64,000 bases of DNA from Ostrea edulis (GCF_947568905.1 NC_079169.1:62248001-62312000); one strand, 5' to 3'; counted from the first letter of the stretch, positions 37,681 through 48,751 are shown. Notes: generated by a model from the letters alone, not told the origin. Program-made: numbers and translations.

Positions 37681-40600
37681 ATGGCTCGGGATTGACAGTG
37701 AAAGGGTTACAAACAATCCGGATAATGTCTGTGTCAAAATTGTAAAAATGTGTTAACCGTGAAAATTAAATACTTTCACAGGGATACGTCTTCTTTATGT
37801 AAACAATCAACAATACAAAGCGGAGAATGAAACACTTACAAGATGCAGAAACTCCTTGTCAAACAATGACGTGTAATTGACAATGTCATTTGACGGAGGG
37901 GGTAAAAAATGCTTGACGACAGTGTGGTTCTTTGGGCGAGTTATAACGACCTGCTCTTGTCTGTAAATTGGCCTGAAAGACGAGAGTAACAAACGTACAA
38001 AGCATAACATCATAAACGCGGTTTTCCTTCTTCTTTTTTTAATCGTTAATGATGAAGCAATAAAAATACTGCTGATTTAGATTTTATAGTGTGATTCATC
38101 AATATGTACTGGAAATAAATGTGTACCTTATATGTCCTTTAAAACACGAACCACCTGGGCAGGGAAGTGGTTCGGGTAGCTTAGGGACGCCACAGTCTGT
38201 CTTGGAACACGTATCTAAACAGCGTGATGTTGTTTCGTTCATTGGATGATAAACCTCTTTTCCAATCGTTACATTCTTGTTCGATATGGTGAACGAAATA
38301 TCGAATGGTGTGTTACCATTTGACGTAGAACCAAGATAGTTTAGAAGACTTTCTGGTGTGCAATACTTGGCTGATCTGCCACAAACAACTGATAAAGCTT
38401 TATCGCCTGCACTAGGTAATTTGACATTTCTGCAAGAATTAAACATTCCGTAGGTAAAATCACGTGATATGACGTAATCCAAGGAGCGCACTGATCGACT
38501 GTCATTACTGGTGACTTTGAGAAACGTGCTTTGTGTTGGACTGCATGTCATTTGACAAAACATGTTCATAAAATTGTGTAGACAAGAAGGGCATCTAGAG
38601 AAAATCTGCTTGATGAGTCCTATATTTTTGTTCATGCTTTCCAGCTGGTTTGCATCACAACAGGTCTTTGTGTTACCACCTGAAACATGATGAGGATGAA
38701 TCTTGAAATTTTAAAAGAACATAATTTCGTGGAACCAAGCATGAATACATGCATGCAGTGCTAAATACCTTGCTAAATTATCAAAAACACCATCACTATA
38801 CAGTGTCATCGTAAGTACATGTTTTGCAGGAGCATTCATGCGAAAAGAGAACAAATGGCCCAGGACTGCAATCTGGCCTTATTTCATAATTTGGGGATGC
38901 AGTAAAACGTGTTTTTGAAGTCTTCAATCAGCCCTTGATCAACCGTTTTCTTAATCCACATGACTTTATGATGTTTTGCATGGTACATGCTCAAACCAAA
39001 TGTTTGAAAAGTCACAGTACAAAATCTTACTTAATTTATTACCATTGCTGTTGATAAGTTTTGCCCAAGCAGAAATCATTCTAGTAAACATTGTTATATA
39101 TGAAGGATATTGTCCAGTTTCACTGTAAACCCATTCGGCAAACTGCGGAAGATTCCGGTACCCTACATCTAGATGGAATCGATCGAGTGATCCGAGTGAC
39201 TGTAAACCGTATAATTTGACGTACTACTTTTTAGATTATGTATGTTATAAGAAACGTTTGTTTCTTTGTTTTACGTTCCTTCGAAAAAAAAAATTCATTC
39301 TGACATGTTGAGCTTACTCTTCCTAGGTACCTGATCCCACCGCTGGTATATCCAAGGGTCCGTGTTTGCGGCGGGTGTGACTGGTCGACAGGGGATGCTT
39401 ACCCCTTCTAGACACATGATCTCACTTCTGGTATATCCAGGGGTCCGTGTTTACCCAACTCTCTATTTTGCATTGCTTTTAGGAATTATGAAATTGATCA
39501 CTGTTCCTTATCTTTACCTTTCATTGAGATGTCATCAGCTGTAGATGAAGTACCACAAATATAGACCTATGTCTAATGCTCAGGCCTGTAGCAGTGAGAG
39601 TTCTTTAACGTACCAATGCCTGTCGCGACACGGGACCTCCGTTTTTAAGGTCGATATCCGAAAGATCCGTTGTTGTAGTAAAGACTTTCTCCTTGGAAAT
39701 ACGAATCCAGCATAGAATTCCCCTAAGAAGAATTAAACTGGTTCTAATTGCCGAGCGTTTGGCGGAGGAGCAATCACTATCTATTTTAACGTCTTAGGTT
39801 TGACGAGCGACACGAGCGGGGTTCGAACGCACGACCTCCCGGTTACGAAGCGAATATTCTACCACTGAGCTACCACGACCGGTTATTTAACAAATGTATG
39901 AAGACGTTCAACAATATCAATATTTCCATAACCCCGAATTTTATATGCATACATTAAAAACAGGTATGAAAGCATTGAAGAAAAAAATAGTCCAAAAATA
40001 AAAAAATTGAAACGAAGTTCATTCAATCATGAAATTAAGTCATACATTTTTTATTAGAATACGTCAACCGTAACAATAGTGAAACTGTCAGAATTCATTT
40101 TGCGAAATTTCGCGGTTTTCGCGGACGTTGCGCATTATATCGCAAAAATTACGCGTTTATTCGCAAACTTTATGCGTTACAATGTATAACACGGAATATT
40201 TTTTCAGCTACGAAAATGATCGAGCTCAATGGGCTTTCGTAAAAATATAAATGACTCTTACACCCCAAATCGTCGCCCATCCTAAATCGTCACCGGCGAC
40301 GATTTGGGGTTTCTTATGTAACACCCCAAATTGTCGCCCGTCCTAAATCGTCGCCGGCGACGAGTTGGGCATAACCTCACATCCCAAATTGTCGTCCCCC
40401 TTGCAACAACTATTTGGAAACATCATTTACATACAAACTGGCCCTGTTTGTTAACTCCTTCTCCTCTCCTCCTTTTTCATAAATTCTGCTGATCACGGGG
40501 TTATTATGTCTTGTGCATCGCAAACGTGTAAGTGACCTCAGATTATATTAGATAACGTCTGTTAGCTACCGTTTGGACACTCTCCCGCCGTTTGGACACT

Positions 40601-41381
40601 CGTGAAAACCTCGAGAAACACCCATCCTTCCTCTTTATTTCTCAAAATTTTGTTAGTCTCGTTGCTATCTCTCTCTATGAAATGAAACCTAAATGTGTAG
40701 TCCCATATAACCTACATGCAAAATTTCAGCTCAATCGGTTCACAAACACCAAAGTGACAGTCGAAAATAGTTCGCTATGACAGCTTTTGGCGCTTTGAGT
40801 TCGCGATCAAGAAATTTCATGTTACGGGAAGCACATGCCAGGAACACATGTAACCAACATATCGGTTCAAAAACACTAGAGATTTGGCAGAGTTGCTGAA
40901 AAGTGTACACCGCTCTCGGCACTTTAAACTCTCATTCCAGAATTCTCAGTTTTGGGGAGGCATATCAGAGGGTCACTTGTAATCTACATACAAAATTTCA
41001 GCCCAATAGCTTGAATAGGTCGACAAACACCAGAGATATGAATGCGGACAGACAAACAAACAGACCAAGTGAAACCACCCTTCCCGCATATAAAATATAT
41101 TCTGTGTAATCTATCCTACATCTTCTGTTGTCCAGCTATGGCCACAAAGGTTCTCTGGACCCTATAGGCAAGACATTTTAATCTTCTACTTCGTCTTTTA
41201 CTTGTTCTGTTGTATATTTCTTGAATTAAATATTTATTAAGATCATATTATTTGTTATTGTTGTTTTGGTTGGTAGTGGTGTTATTACTATTGAAAGAGT
41301 TGTATTTGTTGTTGATGGTGGTGGTGGTGTCATTTTTGTCTATATTATTTTTTTTCGTCCAATCCTCCCGCCCCAGAGAGG

Positions 41382-41444
<63 letters not shown>

Positions 41445-44400
41445 GTCCGACAATGAATCATTTTGCCTTTTGTTAACGTTGTAGGGTCATTCTGCTGATC
41501 ACGGGGTTATTATGTCTTGTGCATCGCAAACGTGTAAGTGACCTCAGATTATATTAGATAACGTCTGTTAGCTACCGTTTGGACACTCTCCCGCCGTTTG
41601 GACACTCGTGAAAACCTCGAGAAACACCCATCCTTCCTCTTTATTTCTCAAAATTTTGTTAGTCTCGTTGCTATCTCTCTCTATGAAATGAAACCTAAAT
41701 GTGTAGTCCCATATAACCTACATGCAAAATTTCAGCTCAATCGGTTCACAAACACCAAAGTGACAGTCGAAAATAGTTCGCTATGACAGCTTTTGGCGCT
41801 TTGAGTTCGCGATCAAGAAATTTCATGTTACGGGAAGCACATGCCAGGAACACATGTAACCAACATATCGGTTCAAAAACACTAGAGATTTGGCAGAGTT
41901 GCTGAAAAGTGTACACCGCTCTCGGCACTTTAAACTCTCATTCCAGAATTCTCAGTTTTGGGGAGGCATATCAGAGGGTCACTTGTAATCTACATACAAA
42001 ATTTCAGCCCAATAGCTTGAATAGGTCGACAAACACCAGAGATATGAATGCGGACAGACAAACAAACAGACCAAGTGAAACCACCCTTCCCGCATATAAA
42101 ATATATTCTGTGTAATCTATCCTAAAAACGTCTATGAAATATTGGTGGACGACGATTTAGGACGGGCGACGATTTGGGGTATACTGTAGTACATCCCAAA
42201 TCGTCGTCCCTAATAATGGTAGTGCAATCTTGTCCCATGGGATGCCGGGCGACGATGTGGTGTGAAATGTCATCCCAAATCGTGGCGACGATTTGAGATG
42301 GGGCGACGATTTAGGGTGTAACAAATGACATCTAAGAAAAGTTCTATACCTGCATACAGATCCGGGCATAAGTCTTTCAAAATCTGCAGAGCTTTGGGGT
42401 CTTGAAGAGTTCTCGCGGGGTCACTGTTGGTACAGGGAAGTGCCCCTCTAGGAGTTTGTTTACATTGTCCGTACATGACACACTTTCCATGATTGTCTGC
42501 CTACAACATGATTTATTCATTAGTTACAATTAGCTTGTTTTTTCTAAATATATATTTTTTCTTATTCCCTAATGGAATAAAACAAAGTAATCTACACTGT
42601 ATTCATTCATAATTCTGTTTCCATGCAATAAATAAATAATATGTATGAATTATGGTGCATGGGATCTATTTTGTGTAATAAGAACCCGGGTAAAAGGGGG
42701 AAGGGATAAGGCTCACTGCAAACTAAGCATAAGGTATAGTACCCGTGGTATACGCGTACTTTCGCGATATCCGTAAATTGATTTATAATGCCCATGATAT
42801 AAGCATTTCGCGATAGCTGTGTATGTGTAGATAGAGTACCCGCGATACACCTGTAACAGTGAACAGAGATACTGAGTACCCGCGATACACCTGTGACAGT
42901 GAACAGAGATACTGAATACCCGCGATACACCTGTGACAGTGAACAGAGATACTGAGTACCCGCGATACACCTGTGACAGTGAACAGAGATACTGAGTACC
43001 CGCGATACACCTGTAACAGTGAACAGATATACTGAGTCTGTAACAGTGAACAGAGATACTGAGTCTGTAACAGTGAACAGATATACTGAGTACACGCGAT
43101 ACATCTGTAATAGTGTACAGAGATACTGAGTCTGTAACAGTTAACAGAGATACTGAGTACCCGCGATACATCTGTAACAGTGAACAGAGATACTGAGTAC
43201 ACGCGATACATCTGTAATAGTGAACAGAGATACTGAGTCTGTAACAGTTAACAGAGATACTGAGTACCCGCGATACATCTGTAACAGTGAACAGAGATAC
43301 TGAGTCTGTAACAGTGAACAGAGATACTGAGTACCCGCGATACAGTGAACAGAGATACTGAGTACCCGCGATACACCTGTAACAGTGAACAGATATACTG
43401 AGTCTGTAACAGTGAACAGAGATACTGAGTCTGTAACAGTGAACAGATATACTGAGTACACGCGATACATCTGTAACAGTGAACAGAGATACTGAGTCTG
43501 TAACAGTGAACAGAGATACTGAGTCTGTAACAGTGAACAGAGATACTGAGTCTGTAACAGTGAATAGAGATACTGAGTCTGTAACAGTGAACAGAGATAC
43601 TGAGTACCCGCGATACATCTGTAATAGTGAACAGAGATACTGAGTACCCGCGATACATCTGTAACAGTGAACAGAGATACTGAGTACCCGCGATACACCT
43701 GTAACAGTGAACAGAGATACTGAGTCTGTAACAGTGAACAGAGATACTGAGTACCCGCGATACACCTGTAACAGTGTACAGAGATACTGAGTACCCGCGA
43801 TACACCTGTAACAGTGAACAGAGATACTGATTACCCGCGATACACCTGTAACAGTGAACAGAGATACTGATTACCCGCGATACACCTGTAACAGTGAACA
43901 GATATACTGAGTACACGCGATACATCTGTAATAGTGTACAGAGATACTGAGTCTGTAACAGTGAACAGAGATACTGAGTCTGTAACAGTGAACAGAGATA
44001 CTGAGTACCCGCGATACACCTGTAACAGTGAACAGAGATACTGAGTCTGTAACAGTGAACAGAGATACTGAGTACCCGCGATACACCTGTAACAGTGTAC
44101 AGAGATACTGAGTACCCGCGATACACCTGTAACAGTGAACAGAGATACTGAGTCTGTAACAGTGAACAAAGATACTGAGTCTGTAACAGTGAACAGAGAT
44201 ACTGAGTACCCGCGATACACCTGTAACAGTGAACAGAGATACTGAGTACCCGCGATACACCTGTAACAGTGAACAGAGATACTGAGTCTGTAACAGTGAA
44301 CAGAGATACTGAGTCTGTAACAGTGAACAGAGATACTGAGTACCCGCGATACACCTGTAACAGTGAACAGAGATACTGAGTTCGGGGGTACTTAACTTTG

Positions 44401-44766
44401 ACAAAGAGTGAATGGAGATAATCGGCCACGTGGTTTGCGACGAAGAATGATACTTGTGTTACCCACGATACAAGCGTATCTAAGGTGTATCTAAATGTTA
44501 CGATAATTTAGTATGCAGAATCCCAAGCTATTTTTTTAGGAGTTGTAAACAACTATTCGGAAAAGATCGGAGCTTTTTATCCTTATGACAGTGTGTATCG
44601 GGATCGGTCATTTGCGGCCTATTTGACGCTTGCGTCAATATGTGTTCTTGGAATGGGGACACATCCAAGATTTCACCATAAGACAAAGCGTTTTACAAGA
44701 AAGTTTTAGATTTCTGCATTGACAGAGGTGTTAGCGAGCAGCAAAACCTATGGGTATTGAATATAG

Positions 44767-44797
<31 letters not shown>

Positions 44798-47700
44798 AAT
44801 ACAAGTTTACGACCCATAGTAAGAGAAATTAGCAGATGTATTTCATAATATATGAAATAGCTAAAAGGCTAACAGTATTATAAAATAGTAAAATGGCTAA
44901 CAGGGATTTCATGCTTGAAATGGAATTAAAAGGTCATCTCATTATCAATATGAATGTTGAAATACAAGTATTTAGTTTAGATACAAACTACCAGAAGTCC
45001 TTTCTATTTAGTATTGGAGTGCTTAAAATTATTTCAGAACATGTAACAGACGAAATGCGTTTAACAAAATTGAAAACTGCCGCCTCGCACACTCCAAATA
45101 TATCAGCAATTGTTTGTAACGTTAGCTGTGTAGAAACATATTTGACATATTTTCATACAACCACCTTGATCACAATATATCAAATATGGAGGTAACTTAG
45201 TAAATAGGGACTCAACGGTGTCTGTTCATTCTCAATCTATCACGGAAATCATCTATTCTATACAAGTGTAGTTATTGCCTCAATATAATTTGTGACACGA
45301 GCCTTCCTTTGTCGTCTGTTTTAATGAGTATTGCTATCTAACTGAGCATGGGCATAATTATACTCTCGTGCAAATGAAGATAAGTTGAAGAAATATCTTC
45401 TTCTGAGTGATCGTAAGAATAATTCAAATAGGTATACGTATACAAAATGTAAGTGCTATGTTACATGTAGCCATTTTGATGTGGGTTTTTTAAAACCGAA
45501 ACTTTCCATTTAGTGCCAAACCATTAAACCATCAAACCGTTTCGAACTTAATGAAAACTATTTCTAAACACGGGGCCAGTTCAACAAAACTATCTTACGA
45601 CTAAGATCTGTCTCAAGACCAAAATTTGTCATAAGATCCATCATAGCTGTTTCACAAAACTGTCATATCTTAAGATAATCTTAAGATTGTTAGAAATCTT
45701 AAGACATCCAGATACTTGTTTTCAGTCTATACTGAACTATGTTGTGCTTAGAGATCGGTAGATTATCCGGAGGGAACGTGGTTTCAGGGACAGAAACAAT
45801 CTATTAGACTATATGGAGGATGTGGACATCATTGATAAGGTCCGTATACCGCGACATGTGTTCTTTATGATGAACTCAATATTCGTTTAGAATATCCCAC
45901 AGTCAACTTTTTCCTACTTTCGCTATTTAGGCATATTCAATTTTTCTTCATTTCTTCACTCGATCGGACATAATCTGTTGAATTCATAGCATCTTAAATA
46001 CAAATGCCTTTTTTTTCACCTTGTCAAACAATACTGATATTTCAGCAACGAAAAAGTTTGGGAACTGTTTCATAAAATCTTTTGACACCGATTTGTCTGA
46101 GTGCATGCACACGGACTTTGTAGCCGCTGTGTGGTCACAATTAAACGTATTCGAATACCATTCATTTATTGTTTGTAGGCACAAAAGCAGTGTTGGGTGA
46201 ATCTATTTCTTCACGTTTTTATGTTTGTTTAGTTTTCGTACTATTTCATTGATCAGTTATAGGCTTTTTCACACAGGAAAGCCTTTGCGCCCAGTATACA
46301 TGTACATTGTATAGTCGAACACGCGTATACTTACACGCGTTTTGTTCGATTAATGCGTCATTCGTTATAAATTTGCTATCACTGATTATACCCGCACTTT
46401 CTAAAGAAAGTTCGGGTATATTGTTGTTACCCTGGTCCGTCCGTCCGTCCGTCACACTTTCTTCTTCCTCAAACTGCTCTTTTATTTCAAGTGGTAACCA
46501 ATTGATCTTTTGGAATATGATAGGTGGTGTACTGTAGATATATGATAAGGTGTTAGAATATTCAATTTTACCCTGGGGGCAAAACGGGGGTAAAAAAAAT
46601 GACGTTTTTTCAACAAAAACCTGGTTCCCAGAACTCCTCCTACATTTCATGCAGTAGCCCAATCATCTTATGGAAGATGATTGGTTGGGTCCTGTAGATG
46701 TGCAATAAGGTTTCGGAATTTCATTTTCACCCTGGGGGCCAAATGGGGGTCGAAAATGATGCTTTTTAACACAACCCTGGTTCCCAGAGCTCCTCTTACA
46801 ATTTACACAGTAGCCTAATAATCTTTTGGAAAATGATTGCTGGTGTCCTGTAGATGTGCAATAAGGTTTTGGAATTTTCATTTTCAGCCTTGGGATCAAA
46901 TAGGGGTCGAAAAATGACGATTTTGTACAAAGAAACTCTGGTTCCCAGAACTCCTCTTACATTTTACACAGTAGCCCAATAATCTTTTGGAAGATGATTG
47001 CTGGTGTCCTGTAGATGTGCAATAAGGTTTTGGAATTTTCATTTTCACCCCAGGAGTCAGATGAGGGTAGAAAAATGACGGGTTTTTGCAGAAAAGAACC
47101 CTGGTTCCCAGAACTCCTCTTACATTTTAAGCAGTATCCTAATAATCTTTAGGGAGGTGGTTGCTGGTGTCCTGTAGATGCACAATAGGGTTTCGGAATT
47201 TTTATTTTTGAAGTGGGGGTCGAAAAATGACGATTTTGTACCAAAAAAACCCCCTTGTTCCCAGAACTCCCCTTACATTTTAAGCAGTATCCTAATAATC
47301 TTTTGGATGATGATTGCAGGTGTCCTGTAGATGTGCAATAAGGTTTTGGAATTTTTATTTTCACCCCTGGGGTCAAATGAGGGTTGAAAAATGACATTTT
47401 TGCACAAAAGAACACTCAGGTCCCCAGAACTCTTTTTACGTTTTAAGCAGTATCCTAATAATCTTTAGGAAATTGGTTGCTGGTGTCCTGTAGATGCGCA
47501 ATAAGGTTTTGGAATTTTTATTTTTGCCCTGGGGGCCAAATGGGGGTCGAAAATGATGCTTTTTGTACAAAAAACCTTGGTTCCCAGAACTCCTCTAACA
47601 ATTTATGCATTAATTAATTATAAAATAACGATTGTGGCTTCTTTGCCAGTAACACCAAATGACGAAGAGTATATTTAAAGGCAAACACTTGTGTGCGGGT

Positions 47701-47954
47701 ATTACTGTCTTATGACAGCATCTAGTTGAGTATTACTTGTGTCTTTGGTCTTCCCTACCCACCCACACCCTCGTTTACTGAATACCCTTTTCTGTATTCA
47801 GTATATTATTTTGTTGAATAAAACAAGTGCGGCGTTGCTAACTTGTAACAAACGCAACAATCCAGACTGTCTTTTTCTTTATACAATGTATTTCAAATTA
47901 GTTAGGCAAATATTTTATTTTCGGAGGAGAGGAATGGGGAGAAAAAATAAATAA

Positions 47955-48000
<46 letters not shown>

Positions 48001-48648
48001 CTTTGATATACTGTTTCTACAAAAATATCATTCAATGTTTTAATATTTGTACCACAATTTCTGAAATAGTACACAAATCGAATGTAACTTTTGAAATACG
48101 AAAAAAGTGTAGGTCACATGATTTAAAAAAAGAAGTACAGTGTATCAAATTTTATAAATATATTAGATAATTACAAATGCCTAAAATCGAAATATTTCAA
48201 CTTCCTATTTATATTTTTGTATACTTTAATCTTTCATTTACGTGTAACATTTAAATTCATCTATGCAGTTAAAAGATTATAAAGGAAACACGGTAATTTA
48301 CAATGTAACGAGTATACATGTACATGTAACAACGTCCTAAGATCTATCTTAAGATTTCTTGAAGTTAAGATAGTTTTGTGAAACGGTACTGCCGTATCTT
48401 ATGATTGTCATAAGTCAGATCGTAAGACACTCTTACGATCTATCTTATGACAATCTTAAGATAGTTTTGTGAAACCCAGCTCTGGAACTTAAACTCAAAC
48501 TAGTTTTTGATCAATAAATTCGCCCACAACTGAAAGTGAATTGAAATATGTAATTGATATGGTGATGCTTAATCAAATTACTAACCTTTACTGGACTTGC
48601 ACCTACTATCAGCAGAAACGCCACGGAGATCGACAGGTGCCCGAACAT
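32933..48648 (-). CDS. Transmembrane-less NPC1 paralog (signal peptide + N-terminal domain + middle luminal domain), 7 coding exons, ~466 aa, predicted soluble/secreted
   Basis: Seven GT-AG exons (63+151+553+133+224+95+182 = 1401 nt) join in frame with no internal stop. Intron phases 0,1,2,0,2,1 match NPC1 exons 1-7. NTD and MLD motifs are present, and there is no hydrophobic helix after the signal peptide. Confidence 0.88.
33337..33431 (-). CDS. NPC1 paralog exon 6
   Basis: ttgtag|A, YPQAYDGTLNISC...QTIYPNMVFAGYG, G|gtaagt. Confidence 0.85.
34143..34408 (-). mobile_element. tRNA-derived SINE (Meta-like central domain), duplicated B box
   Basis: A box TGGCCGAGTGG, B box GGTTCGAATCC twice, (CAAT)n tail; near-identical to the SINE at 60824. 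Confidence 0.85.
34586..35136. repeat. 25-bp minisatellite (~22 units) in paralog intron 5
   Basis: Unit ATATGAGAATAGAGAACTCCAGTCT. Confidence 0.97.
35466..35689 (-). CDS. NPC1 paralog exon 5
   Basis: ttttag|CTT, LVDFQD...DICYRP...GFFTIANYLDHLTKCS, TC|gtaagt. Confidence 0.9.
37840..37972 (-). CDS. NPC1 paralog exon 4
   Basis: tttcag|G, PIYRQEQ...DKEFLHL|gtaagt; 133 nt, same length as NPC1 exon 4. Confidence 0.92.
38127..38679 (-). CDS. NPC1 paralog exon 3 (NTD, TM1-TM2 deleted)
   Basis: tttcag|GT, GNTKTCCDANQL...RCPSC...NGNTPF...PCPGGSCFKGHI, AG|gtacac. Confidence 0.9.
39320..39520 (+). mobile_element. 3' fragment of the Penelope-like family
   Basis: GGTGTGACTGGTCGACAGGGGATGCTTAC...ATCCAGGGGTCCGTGTTT, also at ~27270, 50420, 51910 and 54370. 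Confidence 0.6.
39570..39885 (-). mobile_element. tRNA-derived SINE with Deu/Nin-like domain, interrupted
   Basis: Reverse complement head GGTAGCTCAGTGGTAGA...GTTCGAACC; body AAAACGGAGGTCCCGTGTC...TAAAGAAC. Confidence 0.6.
40261..42318. mobile_element. ~2.06-kb non-autonomous DNA transposon (CACCC TIRs, TA TSD) in paralog intron 2
   Basis: ta|CACCCCAAATCGTCGCCCATC ... GATGGGCGACGATTTAGGGTG|ta, with subterminal AAATCGTCGCC repeats at both ends. Confidence 0.75.
40483..42124 (+). repeat. 636-bp direct duplication (40483-41118 and 41489-42124) around a (GA)n microsatellite
   Basis: Constant offset of 1006; the ORF track shows identical peptides in both copies. Confidence 0.95.
42350..42500 (-). 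CDS. NPC1 paralog exon 2
   Basis: ttgtag|GCA, ADNHGKCVMYGQC...LCPDLYA, G|gtatag. Confidence 0.9.
42834..44381. repeat. Minisatellite of interspersed 40-bp and 27-bp units in paralog intron 1
   Basis: TGTAACAGTGAACAGAGATACTGAGTACCCGCGATACACC and TGTAACAGTGAACAGAGATACTGAGTC. Confidence 0.97.
46386..47620 (+). mobile_element. Helentron/DINE-1-like element with ~6.5 copies of a ~160-bp satellite
   Basis: TTATACCCG...CGGGTATA subterminal inverted repeat, (GTCC)n, then GGTTCCCAGAACTCCTC recurring every ~155-163 bp. Confidence 0.75.
47958..47996. repeat. (TA)n microsatellite
   Basis: Direct reading. Confidence 0.95.
48586..48648 (-). CDS. NPC1 paralog exon 1 (signal peptide)
   Basis: aaaATG, MFGHLSISVAFLLIVGASPVK, AAG|gttagt, phase 0 like NPC1 exon 1. 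Confidence 0.75.
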
Positions 48649-48751
48649 TTTGGTGCTGGGATAATTTACAAGTGTTACATGTACCAGTGGGTTCACGCTT
48701 TAATGGCCCTATGTGCATAGGGAAAACCAAAACGTCAGAGAACTTAAACTA

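Larger units (their letters stand above)
45571..48482. mobile_element. Probable PIF/Harbinger-like non-autonomous element, hosting a nested Helentron-like insertion
   Basis: GGGGCCAGTTCAACAAAACTATCTTACGA versus reverse complement GAGCTGGGTTTCACAAAACTATCTTAAGA; TSD not resolved. Confidence 0.5.

Noticed and set aside
40483-42124. 636-bp direct repeats as the LTR pair of a TRIM
   Set aside because: No TG...CA ends, PBS, PPT or TSD; they lie inside a TIR element.
42607-44429. Long - strand ORFs (up to 393 aa) rich in YRGYSVSLFTVT / TQYLCSLLQ
   Set aside because: They are translations of the 40/27-bp minisatellite, which lacks stops in several frames; no domain content or gene structure.
32933-48648. 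Calling the paralog a truncated pseudogene
   Set aside because: Strong divergence yet no stop or frameshift in 7 exons, canonical splice sites, conserved phases and cysteines, and domain-precise losses. Expression is still unproven.
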